This document shows positions 9,691 through 19,324 of a stretch of 64,000 nucleotides of DNA, one piece after another. Position 1 is the stretch's first letter. Every line of letters starts with the position of its first letter. The stretch comes from Bacteroidetes bacterium UBA3022. GTDB lineage: Bacteria; Bacteroidota; Bacteroidia; Chitinophagales; BACL12. A model generated the notes under the pieces. It searched no databases, was not told the DNA's origin, and saw only the letters and a program-made list of their open reading frames with translations. Location of the stretch: positions 4,394 through 68,393 of the forward strand of contig DDYY01000079.1 of the NCBI GenBank assembly GCA_002346225.1. The letters are read 5' to 3'. The translations under genes and the position numbers were made by a program.

Positions 9691-11142
9691 ATGGCATTTT
9701 ATCTTGCGATTGACCAGGGCACCACCTCCTGCCGAAGTATCATTTTCAATGAAGCTTTTGAAGAGGTAAGCAGGGCGCAGGCTACATTTCCGCAGCTGTT
9801 TCCTCAACCTGGTTGGGTAGAACATGATCCAAATGTAATTCTGGATACACAGACTGCTACCATCCGAAGAGCATTAAACGAAGCGAACCTCACGCCTGAT
9901 GACATTATCGCCGCAGGCATCACCAACCAGCGGGAAACCACTGTTGTATGGAATCGGCACACCGGCATACCGGTTTATCCAGCAATTGTCTGGCAGGACA
10001 GACGAACGGCTGCATTTTGCGCAACGCTGGAATCGCGCGGACTCGCCCCGGAAATTAAAGAGCGCACAGGTTTATTGCCTGATGCCTATTTCAGTGCATC
10101 AAAAATCAAGTGGATTCTAGATAATGTAGCCGGCGCCAGAGCTCAGGCAGAACGTGGTGATTTACTTTTTGGCACCATAGACACCTGGCTGTTATGGAAT
10201 TTTACTAAAGGCAAAGTGCACGCCACTGATGCCAGCAATGCATCCCGAACCATGCTTCTCAATATTCAAACAGGCGACTGGGACCCAGTATTGCTGGAGC
10301 TTTTTACTATTCCTACATCTATGCTTCCCGAGGTATACAACAGTCATCAGTATTATGGACCGCTGCATCTGGATGAAAACACCATTCCTGTAATGGCAGT
10401 TGCAGGCGATCAGCAAGCAGCCCTTTACGGTCAAGGCTGCACCGAACCGGGCATGGCCAAAAACACCTATGGAACAGGCTGTTTTCTGCTGATGCAAACC
10501 GGAAAGCATCCGGTATTTTCCGAACATGGTCTTCTCACTACCATTGCGTGGAAGCTGAACGGAGAATTGCATTATGCATTGGAAGGAAGTGTCTTCACGG
10601 CAGGTGCAGCGGTGCAATGGTTGCGGGATGAACTGGGCTTAATTGCTAATGCCTCCGAAACGGAGACCATTACCGCGTCCCTGAGCAGCAATGACGGTGT
10701 CTACCTGGTTCCGGCATTCACAGGAATGGGAGCACCCTGGTGGAATATGGAAGCGCGCGGAACATTGACCGGTCTGACCAGAGGAACCGGAAAGGCACAT
10801 ATTGTGAGAGCTGTGCTTGAAAGTATTGCCTACCAGACCTGTGATGTGGTGCGCCTCATGGAAAAAGAGAGTTCACTGCAACTATCCAGTTTACGTGTTG
10901 ACGGTGGCGCCACCTCCAACAACTGGTTAATGCAATTTCAAAGCGATTTGCTGGGCATTAACGTAGAACGTTCTTCTTATCTGGAGGTTACCGCGCGCGG
11001 AGTAGCGATGCTGGCAGCAGGTAAAGCGGCCGACACCAGAAAAGATTACCACCCCTTCCGTCCCATTCAATCGCAGGAAACCGCAGGAACGCTGCTTGAG
11101 GAGTGGCATGAGGCTGTTAGAAAGGCTTTGCATTCCAGCTGA
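9691..11142 (+). CDS. glpK: glycerol kinase
   Basis: Contains AIDQGTTSCRSIIF, GITNQRETTVVW and other FGGY kinase motifs. I prefer the ATG at 9691 over the track's TTG at 9685. The EEP stop TGA (9686-9688) lies 2 nt upstream of that ATG. Confidence 0.9.
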   Translation: MAFYLAIDQGTTSCRSIIFNEAFEEVSRAQATFPQLFPQPGWVEHDPNVILDTQTATIRRALNEANLTPDDIIAAGITNQRETTVVWNRHTGIPVYPAIVWQDRRTAAFCATLESRGLAPEIKERTGLLPDAYFSASKIKWILDNVAGARAQAERGDLLFGTIDTWLLWNFTKGKVHATDASNASRTMLLNIQTGDWDPVLLELFTIPTSMLPEVYNSHQYYGPLHLDENTIPVMAVAGDQQAALYGQGCTEPGMAKNTYGTGCFLLMQTGKHPVFSEHGLLTTIAWKLNGELHYALEGSVFTAGAAVQWLRDELGLIANASETETITASLSSNDGVYLVPAFTGMGAPWWNMEARGTLTGLTRGTGKAHIVRAVLESIAYQTCDVVRLMEKESSLQLSSLRVDGGATSNNWLMQFQSDLLGINVERSSYLEVTARGVAMLAAGKAADTRKDYHPFRPIQSQETAGTLLEEWHEAVRKALHSS

Positions 11143-11206
11143 AATAAAGCGGGCTTTAACGGCTACTGCAGATGGCTTATCTTTGCGGGGCTAAATCAAT
11201 AATACC

Positions 11207-12595
11207 ATGAATTACGATGTAATTGTGATCGGGAGTGGTCCCGGCGGATACGTAACAGCCATCAGGGCTTCCCAGTTAGGCATGAAGACAGCTATTGTAG
11301 AAAAGGCCGAGTTAGGTGGTGTATGCCTTAATTGGGGATGTATTCCTACCAAAGCCTTATTGAAAAGTGCTCAGGTTTTCAGTTATATGCAACACGCTGC
11401 TGATTACGGTATAAAAATTGAAGGCGCCGAAGCAGATTTCGGAGGCATGATTAACCGCAGCCGTGAAGTGGCTAATGGCATGAGCAAAGGGATTCAATTC
11501 CTGATGAAAAAGAACAAGATTGATGTAATAACAGGTACCGCCATGTTGCGTCCCGGAAAAAATGTGGAAGTGACAGATGCTGCCGGTGCGAAGCAAACTT
11601 ACACCGCTGCAAATATCATCATCGCCACTGGTTCGCGCTCCCGCGATCTTCCTGCCATGAAGCAAGACGGCAAAAAAATTATCGGATACCGGGAAGCGAT
11701 GACACTTCCGCAGCAACCTTCCAGCATGGTAGTGGTTGGCGCCGGAGCCATTGGAGTGGAGTTTGCCTATTTCTATAATGCTGTAGGCACCAAAGTAACT
11801 GTTGTTGAATATATGGATAGGCTGGTTCCTGTGGAAGATGAAGAAATTTCCAAAGAACTGGGCCGCAATTTCCGGAAACAAGGCATTGACGTGATGACCT
11901 CTGCCAGTGTAGAATCGGTGGACACTTCAGGCGAAGGATGCAAAGTTCGTGTGAAGACATCCAAAGGCGAAGAGATTATTGAGTGCGACATAGTTTTGAG
12001 TGCTGCCGGAGTAGTTGCCAATATTGAAAACATAGGACTTGAAATTTGCAGTATTCAAACGGAAAAAGGAAAAATCAAAGTTGACGAATACTATCGCACT
12101 AATGTTCCCGGCTATTATGCTATTGGTGATGTAGTACACGGACCGGCATTAGCACACGTTGCAAGTGCAGAAGGAATTACATGCGTGGAAGCTATTGCAG
12201 GATTACAACCCGAGGTTATCGATTACAACAATCTGCCCGGTTGTACTTATTGCTCTCCTGAAATTGCCTCTGTTGGATACACTGAAAAAGCCGCAATCGA
12301 AGCAGGATATAAGGTTAAGGTTGGAAAATTCCCCTTTTCAGCATCGGGTAAGGCTAAAGCGGCGGGAGCTCCTGAAGGTTTTGTCAAGGTAATTTTCGAT
12401 GCAGAGTATGGTGAATTCCTCGGAGCCCACATGATTGGTGCCAACGTAACGGAAATGATTGCTGAGGTAGTAGCTGCCAGGAAACTGGAAACTACCGGTC
12501 ACGAGATTATCAAAACCGTGCATCCCCACCCTACCATGAGTGAAGCCCTGATGGAAGCAGCAGCTGCTGCCTACGACGAGGTAATTCATCTTTAA
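11207..12595 (+). CDS. lpdA: dihydrolipoyl dehydrogenase (E3)
   Basis: Contains VIGSGPGGY (FAD binding), the redox disulfide GGVCLNWGCIPTK, VVGAGAIGVEFA (NAD binding) and the C-terminal HPHPTMSE motif. Confidence 0.93.
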   Translation: MNYDVIVIGSGPGGYVTAIRASQLGMKTAIVEKAELGGVCLNWGCIPTKALLKSAQVFSYMQHAADYGIKIEGAEADFGGMINRSREVANGMSKGIQFLMKKNKIDVITGTAMLRPGKNVEVTDAAGAKQTYTAANIIIATGSRSRDLPAMKQDGKKIIGYREAMTLPQQPSSMVVVGAGAIGVEFAYFYNAVGTKVTVVEYMDRLVPVEDEEISKELGRNFRKQGIDVMTSASVESVDTSGEGCKVRVKTSKGEEIIECDIVLSAAGVVANIENIGLEICSIQTEKGKIKVDEYYRTNVPGYYAIGDVVHGPALAHVASAEGITCVEAIAGLQPEVIDYNNLPGCTYCSPEIASVGYTEKAAIEAGYKVKVGKFPFSASGKAKAAGAPEGFVKVIFDAEYGEFLGAHMIGANVTEMIAEVVAARKLETTGHEIIKTVHPHPTMSEALMEAAAAAYDEVIHL

Positions 12596-12617
12596 TATTC
12601 ATCAGCTATCAACTAAC

Positions 12618-12652
12618 AAAAACGGCACGTCCAATGGACGTGCCGTTTTTTT
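12618..12652. terminator. bidirectional intrinsic terminator between convergent lpdA and the T9SS cargo gene
   Basis: Perfect 11-bp inverted repeat: ACGGCACGTCC (12622-12632), loop AAT, GGACGTGCCGT (12636-12646). It is flanked by an A-run on the left and TTTTTT (12647-12652) on the right. Confidence 0.75.
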
Positions 12653-12666
12653 GATTACCGAAAGTC

Positions 12667-14031
12667 TTAGAGAATTTGGATACATTCTGTTGTGCTGTGC
12701 ATTTCGTCAGACAAGCGCAACATGTACATTCCTGCCGGAAGTTGATCGACATTTACGTTGGCGTATCCTCCGTTTAAATTTAGGTTGGGCTGCAGCATAA
12801 CACGCTGACCGTTGAGGTCATACATTTCTAGCATGGTATTTTGTTGCCAGCCATCACCGGCAAAAATCTGAAAAGCATTACTGGCAGGATTTGGAGCAAC
12901 AATCAGTCTGTCCGCATCTATATCTTCAATAGCTGTTACACTGCCATCGCTGGTGCAAGCTTTTAAGGTTACTGTATAGAAATTGGCAGGCGTATAAACA
13001 TTCTTTACCAGCAACTCCACTTCTCCCTCTCCCGGATATTCATCTGTATAGAAATAATAGCTGAAGTAGGAAGCTGTACCCTCGTATAAATACATATTTG
13101 CCACTTCCACATCAGGCGGATAACAAACATCGGTGCAAATACTGGAAGCCCAACCGGATGGCAGGTCTTCTGATAACCTCAAGATTTCCAGATAGGAATC
13201 TGCGGTTGCTGTATTTGCCAGATCCACAGAGGTAATGATAGTCATACCGGGATCATCCTGAATGCAATCTTCTTCATAATCGACTAAATAAAATACACCA
13301 TTGGGAATAGAGTCTTCCTCCACAGGAGGTTCCTCTCCGAAATAGCTGAATATGGTATTACTCATTTTATCAGGATACCTGTCAAACCATTCCTGGGCAT
13401 CATAAACAGTACCATCAGGATTAATGAAAAATGCACAGTTGGGATTGGTACCAAAATTTAGCCACCAATCATTGCAGGGTGTGTCCAGTAGTACTGGAAC
13501 ATTGACAGGATGGGTGGTTTGCATGGTAGCAACAATATCTTTTCTTTCACCGTAAGTGAGAGGCTGGGATATCAAAATTTCTTCTGCATAATTGGCCGCT
13601 CCGATATTTACTGCATTAAAATAAGGACTTGGGTCAGTAGGGTGCGCCTCTACCGTATTTACTACATATATATTGATAAAGTCACCAAATACACTTTGTA
13701 ACATATTGATTTTATCAATCTGCCATCTGTATACAAAACAGCTGTAACTGGAACTGATAAGCATCATGGGCTTGCCGTCCTCCAGAATTTCAGATGCAGT
13801 ATAGGCTGTACCTTCCACATCATAAAGGGTAAAGTCATTGATGAGAGCCCCTTCAAAAGGCCCTTCCAGTTCATCCGAAATTTCCGGAAAGAATGGTATC
13901 TCACAAACGGCTTCACTATCTGCCGGAAGGTATCCATCGGTAACCGAAGGAGCTAGTGCTACTTGAGCCTGAGATGATGAATGAATAATAAGTGGTAATA
14001 AAAAAAGACTAATTTTCAGGTGCTTTGTCAT
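12667..14031 (-). CDS. secreted protein with a degenerate thioredoxin-like domain and a T9SS type-A C-terminal sorting domain
   Basis: Has a signal peptide. The TlpA-like block NDFTLYDVEGTAYTASEILEDGKPMMLISSSYSCFVY carries SCFVY where CxxC is expected. The C-terminus LIVAPNPASNAFQIF...MYDLNGQRV...LPAGMYMLRL...IQIL is a classic T9SS CTD. Confidence 0.7.
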   Translation of the reverse strand: MTKHLKISLFLLPLIIHSSSQAQVALAPSVTDGYLPADSEAVCEIPFFPEISDELEGPFEGALINDFTLYDVEGTAYTASEILEDGKPMMLISSSYSCFVYRWQIDKINMLQSVFGDFINIYVVNTVEAHPTDPSPYFNAVNIGAANYAEEILISQPLTYGERKDIVATMQTTHPVNVPVLLDTPCNDWWLNFGTNPNCAFFINPDGTVYDAQEWFDRYPDKMSNTIFSYFGEEPPVEEDSIPNGVFYLVDYEEDCIQDDPGMTIITSVDLANTATADSYLEILRLSEDLPSGWASSICTDVCYPPDVEVANMYLYEGTASYFSYYFYTDEYPGEGEVELLVKNVYTPANFYTVTLKACTSDGSVTAIEDIDADRLIVAPNPASNAFQIFAGDGWQQNTMLEMYDLNGQRVMLQPNLNLNGGYANVNVDQLPAGMYMLRLSDEMHSTTECIQIL

Positions 14032-14149
14032 AATCCGATATTAATGGGAAGATGCATTTAGAACACCTACAGGTAGATATTTGTTTACATCTTAGCAAAT
14101 AATCATCAGGTATGTGACAATTTACTTGCAATTAAAATGGATAAGACCT

Positions 14150-14170
14150 AAAAACTTACTAAATAGTAAG
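14150..14170 (-). terminator. weak candidate intrinsic terminator after ftsZ
   Basis: The minus strand reads CTTACTA-TT-TAGTAAG followed by TTTTT. The stem is AT-rich with a very small loop, so this is low confidence. Confidence 0.35.
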
Positions 14171-14189
14171 GATTTTGTGACAAAACAAA

Positions 14190-15818
14190 TTAATCCACAT
14201 TATCATGTAAGAAGCTATTATTGCGCTTTATTCCGGCATCCTTATCCTCACCAGGAGTCAGCGAATACTTGCTAAAACTGTCATCAGAGGACTCAGGAGT
14301 GTCATTTAGATGGATATTCCGTCGCATGTACGCAGGTGTTTTCTCCAGCTCATCCAGGTTATTTAACTTGAGACTTAGTGACTTCAATCTTTTTATCCGT
14401 TCATCATCCTGTTGGTGGATTCTTCTCAGCTTATCCTTGTTATCGGCAAGATTAGGCCGGGCTTCCATACGGCGAATGGGGGCTTCCATATGATTGTCCT
14501 CGTCATGCTCCTCTTCCACATCTTTTTGCATATAGACTTTCATGCCCATATCATCATCAGCAGCCTCTGTCTCGTCATTCATCCCGACAGCATCGTCCTC
14601 TTCCTTTTCGTCCTCATACATGGAACCGTCAAACTCGAATGAAAATTGTCTGGGCTTTCCATTATCTGTAGTTAGTTCAAACTTTACCGTAGTGTCTTCA
14701 TTTTTCGGCGTGTCATTTTCTTGTTTCAGAAAGGGAGTTTCGGGCGTCTGATTCGTTGGGAAATGTTCTTCGGCAGACTGTTCCGGAGTGTCTGCTTTTT
14801 CCTCAGAACCCAGCGTCATGCGGATAACCGTTTCTTTTGACTGCCTGTCCTTGCGTTCTTTCTCTGTCTCAAATCCGGTAGCAATCAATGTAACGAGAAT
14901 ATCATCTTCCAGTGCGCTATCAGAACAATTGCCCCAGATAATATCACAATCGTTTCCGGCAGCCTCCTGCACAAACTCGGTTATTTCTGAAATCTCATCC
15001 ATAAGCACCGGCTTGGCACCTGAAGAAATATTCAATAGAATATTGGTAGCTCCACTGATATCGCTATCGTTCAACAATGGAGATGCCAGCGCATTCTTGA
15101 CCGCTTCCAGCGCGCGATTTTCCCCATTGGCTCTTGCGGAGCCCATAATGGCCAAACCACTATTGCGCAATACGGTCTTTACATCTTCAAAGTCTACGTT
15201 CACATATCCGGGAACGGTAATAATTTCGGCAATTCCCTTTGCAGCAGTAGCAAGAATATCGTCTGCTTTAGCAAATGCTGCGTTGAATTCCAGATTACCG
15301 TATATCTCCCGCAATTTATCGTTCGAAATGATCAGGATAGCATCGACATTATCGCGCATCTCCTTCAGCCCTTGCTCAGCCTGTTGCCTGCGTCGCTTAC
15401 CTTCAAATCCAAAGGGCATGGTTATAATACCGATTGTTAAGATACCCTGCTCTCTGGCAGTCCTTGCAATAACAGGCGCACCACCTGTACCGGTTCCACC
15501 ACCCATTCCCGCGGTAACAAATACCATCTCGGTATTTTTCTCCAGCAAGTCTTTCACTTCTTTCAAAGATTCCATAGTGGCATCTTTTCCTGTAGAAGGA
15601 TGAGAGCCTGCTCCCCTTCCCTTGGTAAGGCCGGGACCAAGTTGAATTTTGTTAGGCACCGGACTGGTATCCAAAGCCTGCGCATCCGTATTACAGATAA
15701 CAAAGTTTACGTCTTTGATACCTTGCTGAAACATGTGATTCACAGCATTGCAACCACCGCCACCGACACCGATAACTTTAATGATTGAAGACTGTTCTTT
15801 GGGCAGATCAAATTCCAT
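14190..15818 (-). CDS. ftsZ: cell division GTPase FtsZ
   Basis: Contains GVGGGGCNAV and the tubulin signature GMGGGTGTGGAP. A long acidic disordered linker is followed by a conserved C-terminal peptide ...NNSFLHDNVD. Confidence 0.95.
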   Translation of the reverse strand: MEFDLPKEQSSIIKVIGVGGGGCNAVNHMFQQGIKDVNFVICNTDAQALDTSPVPNKIQLGPGLTKGRGAGSHPSTGKDATMESLKEVKDLLEKNTEMVFVTAGMGGGTGTGGAPVIARTAREQGILTIGIITMPFGFEGKRRRQQAEQGLKEMRDNVDAILIISNDKLREIYGNLEFNAAFAKADDILATAAKGIAEIITVPGYVNVDFEDVKTVLRNSGLAIMGSARANGENRALEAVKNALASPLLNDSDISGATNILLNISSGAKPVLMDEISEITEFVQEAAGNDCDIIWGNCSDSALEDDILVTLIATGFETEKERKDRQSKETVIRMTLGSEEKADTPEQSAEEHFPTNQTPETPFLKQENDTPKNEDTTVKFELTTDNGKPRQFSFEFDGSMYEDEKEEDDAVGMNDETEAADDDMGMKVYMQKDVEEEHDEDNHMEAPIRRMEARPNLADNKDKLRRIHQQDDERIKRLKSLSLKLNNLDELEKTPAYMRRNIHLNDTPESSDDSFSKYSLTPGEDKDAGIKRNNSFLHDNVD

Positions 15819-15837
15819 GGTACTTGGTGTTGTTTTC

Positions 15838-17217
15838 TTAGTTGTTAAAATCGTTCACGTCTTCCTCTTCAAACCACTTCTTGGTAGTAGTTATAAAAGA
15901 ATTTAGCCACTTCCCGCGCTTGTTGCCCTGGTGCTCCTCTACTGCGGGCATATCCACTTCCTGTTCGGCAGCTTCTGCGTTGACTGAGGCGACTGTCGAT
16001 TCCTTAGCTTGCTCATGTATCACCTTCTCCTGATAACGCTGGTCATCATAGCCTTTCAATATCAGACCGATACTGGTAGCATACATGGGATGGCTGATTT
16101 CCTGAAATTTCGATTTGGTAAGATGTTCCGTTGGATACCCAATTTTTGTATCCATTCCAGTTACATATTCCACCAGCTGTTTAAGGTGTTTCAATTTGGA
16201 ACCCCCACCGGTTACTACTATACCTCCTATTAGTTTCTTAGCATATCCGCTGGCTTTGATTTCGTAGTATACGTGTTCCAGTATCTCCTCCATTCTCGCC
16301 TGGATAATTCTGGCCAGATTCTCCACTTTTATTTCTTTGGGCTCACGACCGCGAATCCCGGGAATGGAAACAATCTCATTGTCCCGGGTTTCAGTAGCCA
16401 GTGCCGAACCAAACTTAACCTTCAATGCTTCGGCCTGATTGCTCATAATCAGACAACCCTCTTTGATATCCTCGGTAATGATGTTACCTCCCAGTGGGAT
16501 TACGCTGGTATGGCGGATGATTCCATCCTGGAAAATAGCAATGTCGGTAGTCCCACCTCCTATGTCCACCAAAGCGACGCCTGCTTCTCTTTCTTCGTCT
16601 GTCAGCACAGATGCCGCAGATGCCAGCGGCTCGAGCACCAAATCCAGTGCCCTAAGTCCTGCCTTCTCCACGCATTTGAAAATATTCTTGGCAGCAGCAA
16701 TCTGACCGGTAATGATATGGAAGTTCGCTTCGAGGCGCACTCCGCACATACCCACCGGATCTTTAATATTGGGTTCGTGGTCTACAATAAATTCCTGAGG
16801 CAGCACATGAATAATGCGATCGCCGGGAGGAAGTACCAACTTGTGCATGTTATCGATCAGCCTGTGAACATCTTCCCTGCTGATTTCTGTTTCCACATCT
16901 TCGCGCGTTAGGATATCGCGGTGCTGCAGGCTGCGGATGTGTTGCCCTGCAATACCGACATACACATCTCTGATCTCCACACCAGATTTAGCTTCTGCAT
17001 CTTTTACAGCCTGCTTGATGGCATCAACTGTTTTATCGATGTTGGCTACCACTCCTCTCATCACACCAAAGGAATCTGCCTTGCCTACCCCGAGCACCTC
17101 TATCTTGTTGTGCTCATTCAACCTACCGACAATGACGCATATCTTGGTTGTTCCAATGTCCAGCCCGGTTACAATCCTGTTGTTTTCGTTATTCATTGCG
17201 CTGTTTTTTTCGTACAT
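15838..17217 (-). CDS. ftsA: cell division protein FtsA
   Basis: Actin-fold motifs GLDIGTTKI, VDIGGGTTDIA and VVTGGGSKL, with a C-terminal amphipathic tail. An alternative start ATG at 17196 forms an ATGA overlap with the ftsQ stop. Confidence 0.92.
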   Translation of the reverse strand: MYEKNSAMNNENNRIVTGLDIGTTKICVIVGRLNEHNKIEVLGVGKADSFGVMRGVVANIDKTVDAIKQAVKDAEAKSGVEIRDVYVGIAGQHIRSLQHRDILTREDVETEISREDVHRLIDNMHKLVLPPGDRIIHVLPQEFIVDHEPNIKDPVGMCGVRLEANFHIITGQIAAAKNIFKCVEKAGLRALDLVLEPLASAASVLTDEEREAGVALVDIGGGTTDIAIFQDGIIRHTSVIPLGGNIITEDIKEGCLIMSNQAEALKVKFGSALATETRDNEIVSIPGIRGREPKEIKVENLARIIQARMEEILEHVYYEIKASGYAKKLIGGIVVTGGGSKLKHLKQLVEYVTGMDTKIGYPTEHLTKSKFQEISHPMYATSIGLILKGYDDQRYQEKVIHEQAKESTVASVNAEAAEQEVDMPAVEEHQGNKRGKWLNSFITTTKKWFEEEDVNDFNN

Positions 17218-17987
17218 ACTACCTGATCACTATATGATAGATCAATTGTTGCATAGGTATCCCACCCCACATAACTAAGCCCTTCTTTGTAAAAAACTTC
17301 CAGTTTTTCTAATTGCTGTGCTATATCTATGGCATGGAGATCTCCCAGTAAAACCGTGTGATCACCCACCTTGGGCACCAAAACAACCTGTCCCTCCTGA
17401 TTGATAAACAACTGTTCCAATTGAGCCTCCCACATATCTTCACCCAGCATATATGACACTATTTCGTATGCTTTTTTTAGTTGTTCTGTTTGAATTGCCT
17501 GACCACCTTCCGGTCCTTCTTCTATATTGCCGGATATGACGGGTACACGACATGTAAATTTATTATTAACGGGTATCTTATTAGCGTTATCATCAATGTA
17601 ATAATGCACATTATACTTGTTGATAATCCTTGCAATAGGCTCGCGTTGTTGTATTTCAATATGCAAGTTGTTATCCATGTCAATAAAGACTCTGGCTTCT
17701 TCCACATAGGGGTTCGTTTGGAATGCCGTTTCAATGGCATGTACCGGCAGATCTGTTATCCGTTTACGCATCAGGGAATCCTGAACAGATTTGTAAAGAA
17801 TATTCTTTACGTCTGTTACATCCATGAATGTCGGAGCATCACTATCGCCCAGTTCTATCAGTACTTCATTGCACACCTTATCCTCCTGCCTGCCTGCATT
17901 ATTGAGGGTCCAGGCCAGCAATGCCAAAGCCAGTATTATCATGCCTGTACTGGCCAATGTATGTCGTATGGAAGATTTGAGCTTCAT
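17193..17987 (-). CDS. ftsQ: cell division protein FtsQ
   Basis: Single N-terminal TM segment, then a POTRA-like region. It lies between murC and ftsA in the dcw cluster. Confidence 0.8.
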   Translation of the reverse strand: MKLKSSIRHTLASTGMIILALALLAWTLNNAGRQEDKVCNEVLIELGDSDAPTFMDVTDVKNILYKSVQDSLMRKRITDLPVHAIETAFQTNPYVEEARVFIDMDNNLHIEIQQREPIARIINKYNVHYYIDDNANKIPVNNKFTCRVPVISGNIEEGPEGGQAIQTEQLKKAYEIVSYMLGEDMWEAQLEQLFINQEGQVVLVPKVGDHTVLLGDLHAIDIAQQLEKLEVFYKEGLSYVGWDTYATIDLSYSDQVVCTKKTAQ

Positions 17988-19324
17988 TTTCTATTTTCCA
18001 ATATTGACTTTACCTTAAATACCTCCTGATCAATATCACCGGCACCTACCATGCATAGTATTTCAGGTGTGGTGTTGCCAACGTAATCCAACAATTCTTC
18101 TTTGCTAAGCGTACGGACATTACCCAGCATTTTGCCTGCAATTATTTGACTTTCCACTCCCTCTATAGGAGCCTCCCGTGCCGGATATATGGGCAATAAC
18201 AGCGTTTCATCGGCCTGATCCAGAGCTGCTGCAAAGTCCATAGCCAGGTCTCTCGTTCTCGTAAAAAGATGCGGTTGAAATACGACTGTTATCTTTTTGC
18301 CGGGATAGATTTCCCGAACACTCTTCAGGAACATGCGAATCTCCTCAGGATGATGTGCATAGTCATCAATCAATACCATCTCCTCGCTTCTCCAGGCAAT
18401 TTCGAATCTGCGGCGAATACCCGAAAAAGTGGCCATGGCAGCTGCTATCTTGGTTGCATCAATACCCAGATGTGTACCCACGGCTATAGCTGCCAGTGCG
18501 TTCTCAAGATTGTGTATACCCGGATAAGAAAGTTGTATTTCCCCTCCGCGCTTGAGATGCATACGACTGCCCGTAATATCCACTGTGTAGTGCGTCGCAG
18601 TGTAGTCGGCATTTTCATCTGTAAGACTGTACGACCAACGTTCCAGAGACAGGTCATCGAAGCAGTCTAATTTACTTTGATGGATCAGTCTGCCATCATT
18701 CTGTACCTGCCCGGCAAACTGTACAAAATTCTTTACAAGTTCTTCGCGTGTGCCATAAATTTCAAGGTGATCGCTGTCAATTGCTGTTACTACAGCCACG
18801 TTGGGATGCAGTGTATGGAAGGAACGATCAAACTCATCAGCCTCCACTACCATTACCTTATTGTCGCCTGCTACAAAATTGGATGCGAAATTGATGCTGA
18901 TACCTCCCAGAAATGCAGTGCAATCATATCCACTATGCTTGAGCATCCAGGCAATCATTGCGCTGGTGGTGGTTTTACCGTGAGAGCCTGCAACTGCAAT
19001 TGTAAAGTAGTCCTTGGATAAATCTCCTAATACCTGACTTCGCTTTTTAAGCTGATACCCATTTTCCTTATAGTATAATAATCCCTTGTGGGTCGACGGA
19101 ATGGCTGGCGTATAAATGACCAGCTCTGCCTGCTTATCTATTTGTTCGATATCATCATCAAAGTGGATAATCATACCCTCCAGTATCAATTGACTGGTAA
19201 GAGGTGTCGGTGTCTTGTCGTACCCACTTACACGGGCACCTTGATATTGAAAATACCTGGCCAGGGCACTCATTCCGATGCCCCCGATTCCAATGAGATA
19301 TACGTTGGAAGGCCGGTTATTCAT
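17984..19324 (-). CDS. murC: UDP-N-acetylmuramate--L-alanine ligase
   Basis: Contains IGIGGIGMSALA and the Mur ligase P-loop VAGSHGKTTTS. Position in the dcw cluster agrees. Confidence 0.93.
   Translation of the reverse strand: MNNRPSNVYLIGIGGIGMSALARYFQYQGARVSGYDKTPTPLTSQLILEGMIIHFDDDIEQIDKQAELVIYTPAIPSTHKGLLYYKENGYQLKKRSQVLGDLSKDYFTIAVAGSHGKTTTSAMIAWMLKHSGYDCTAFLGGISINFASNFVAGDNKVMVVEADEFDRSFHTLHPNVAVVTAIDSDHLEIYGTREELVKNFVQFAGQVQNDGRLIHQSKLDCFDDLSLERWSYSLTDENADYTATHYTVDITGSRMHLKRGGEIQLSYPGIHNLENALAAIAVGTHLGIDATKIAAAMATFSGIRRRFEIAWRSEEMVLIDDYAHHPEEIRMFLKSVREIYPGKKITVVFQPHLFTRTRDLAMDFAAALDQADETLLLPIYPAREAPIEGVESQIIAGKMLGNVRTLSKEELLDYVGNTTPEILCMVGAGDIDQEVFKVKSILENRK

Noticed and set aside
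14190-14900. Very long acidic, low-complexity C-terminal part of FtsZ that could be mistaken for a fusion or repeat protein.
   Set aside because: It is flanked by the normal FtsZ core and a conserved terminal peptide (NNSFLHDNVD). This is consistent with the variable disordered linker known in FtsZ.
14788-15603. Long antisense ORFs opposite strong genes. Examples: 271 aa opposite ftsZ, 29992-30753 opposite pgk, 16273-16911 opposite ftsA, 19722-20408 opposite murG, 37027-37689 opposite the DUF4290-like gene, 59790-60491 opposite the GT2 gene, and 428-697 inside the PIG-L gene.
   Set aside because: Each lies fully inside a gene whose product has unmistakable family motifs. Their translations are low-complexity or Ser/Cys/Ile-rich shadow frames with no recognisable motif.
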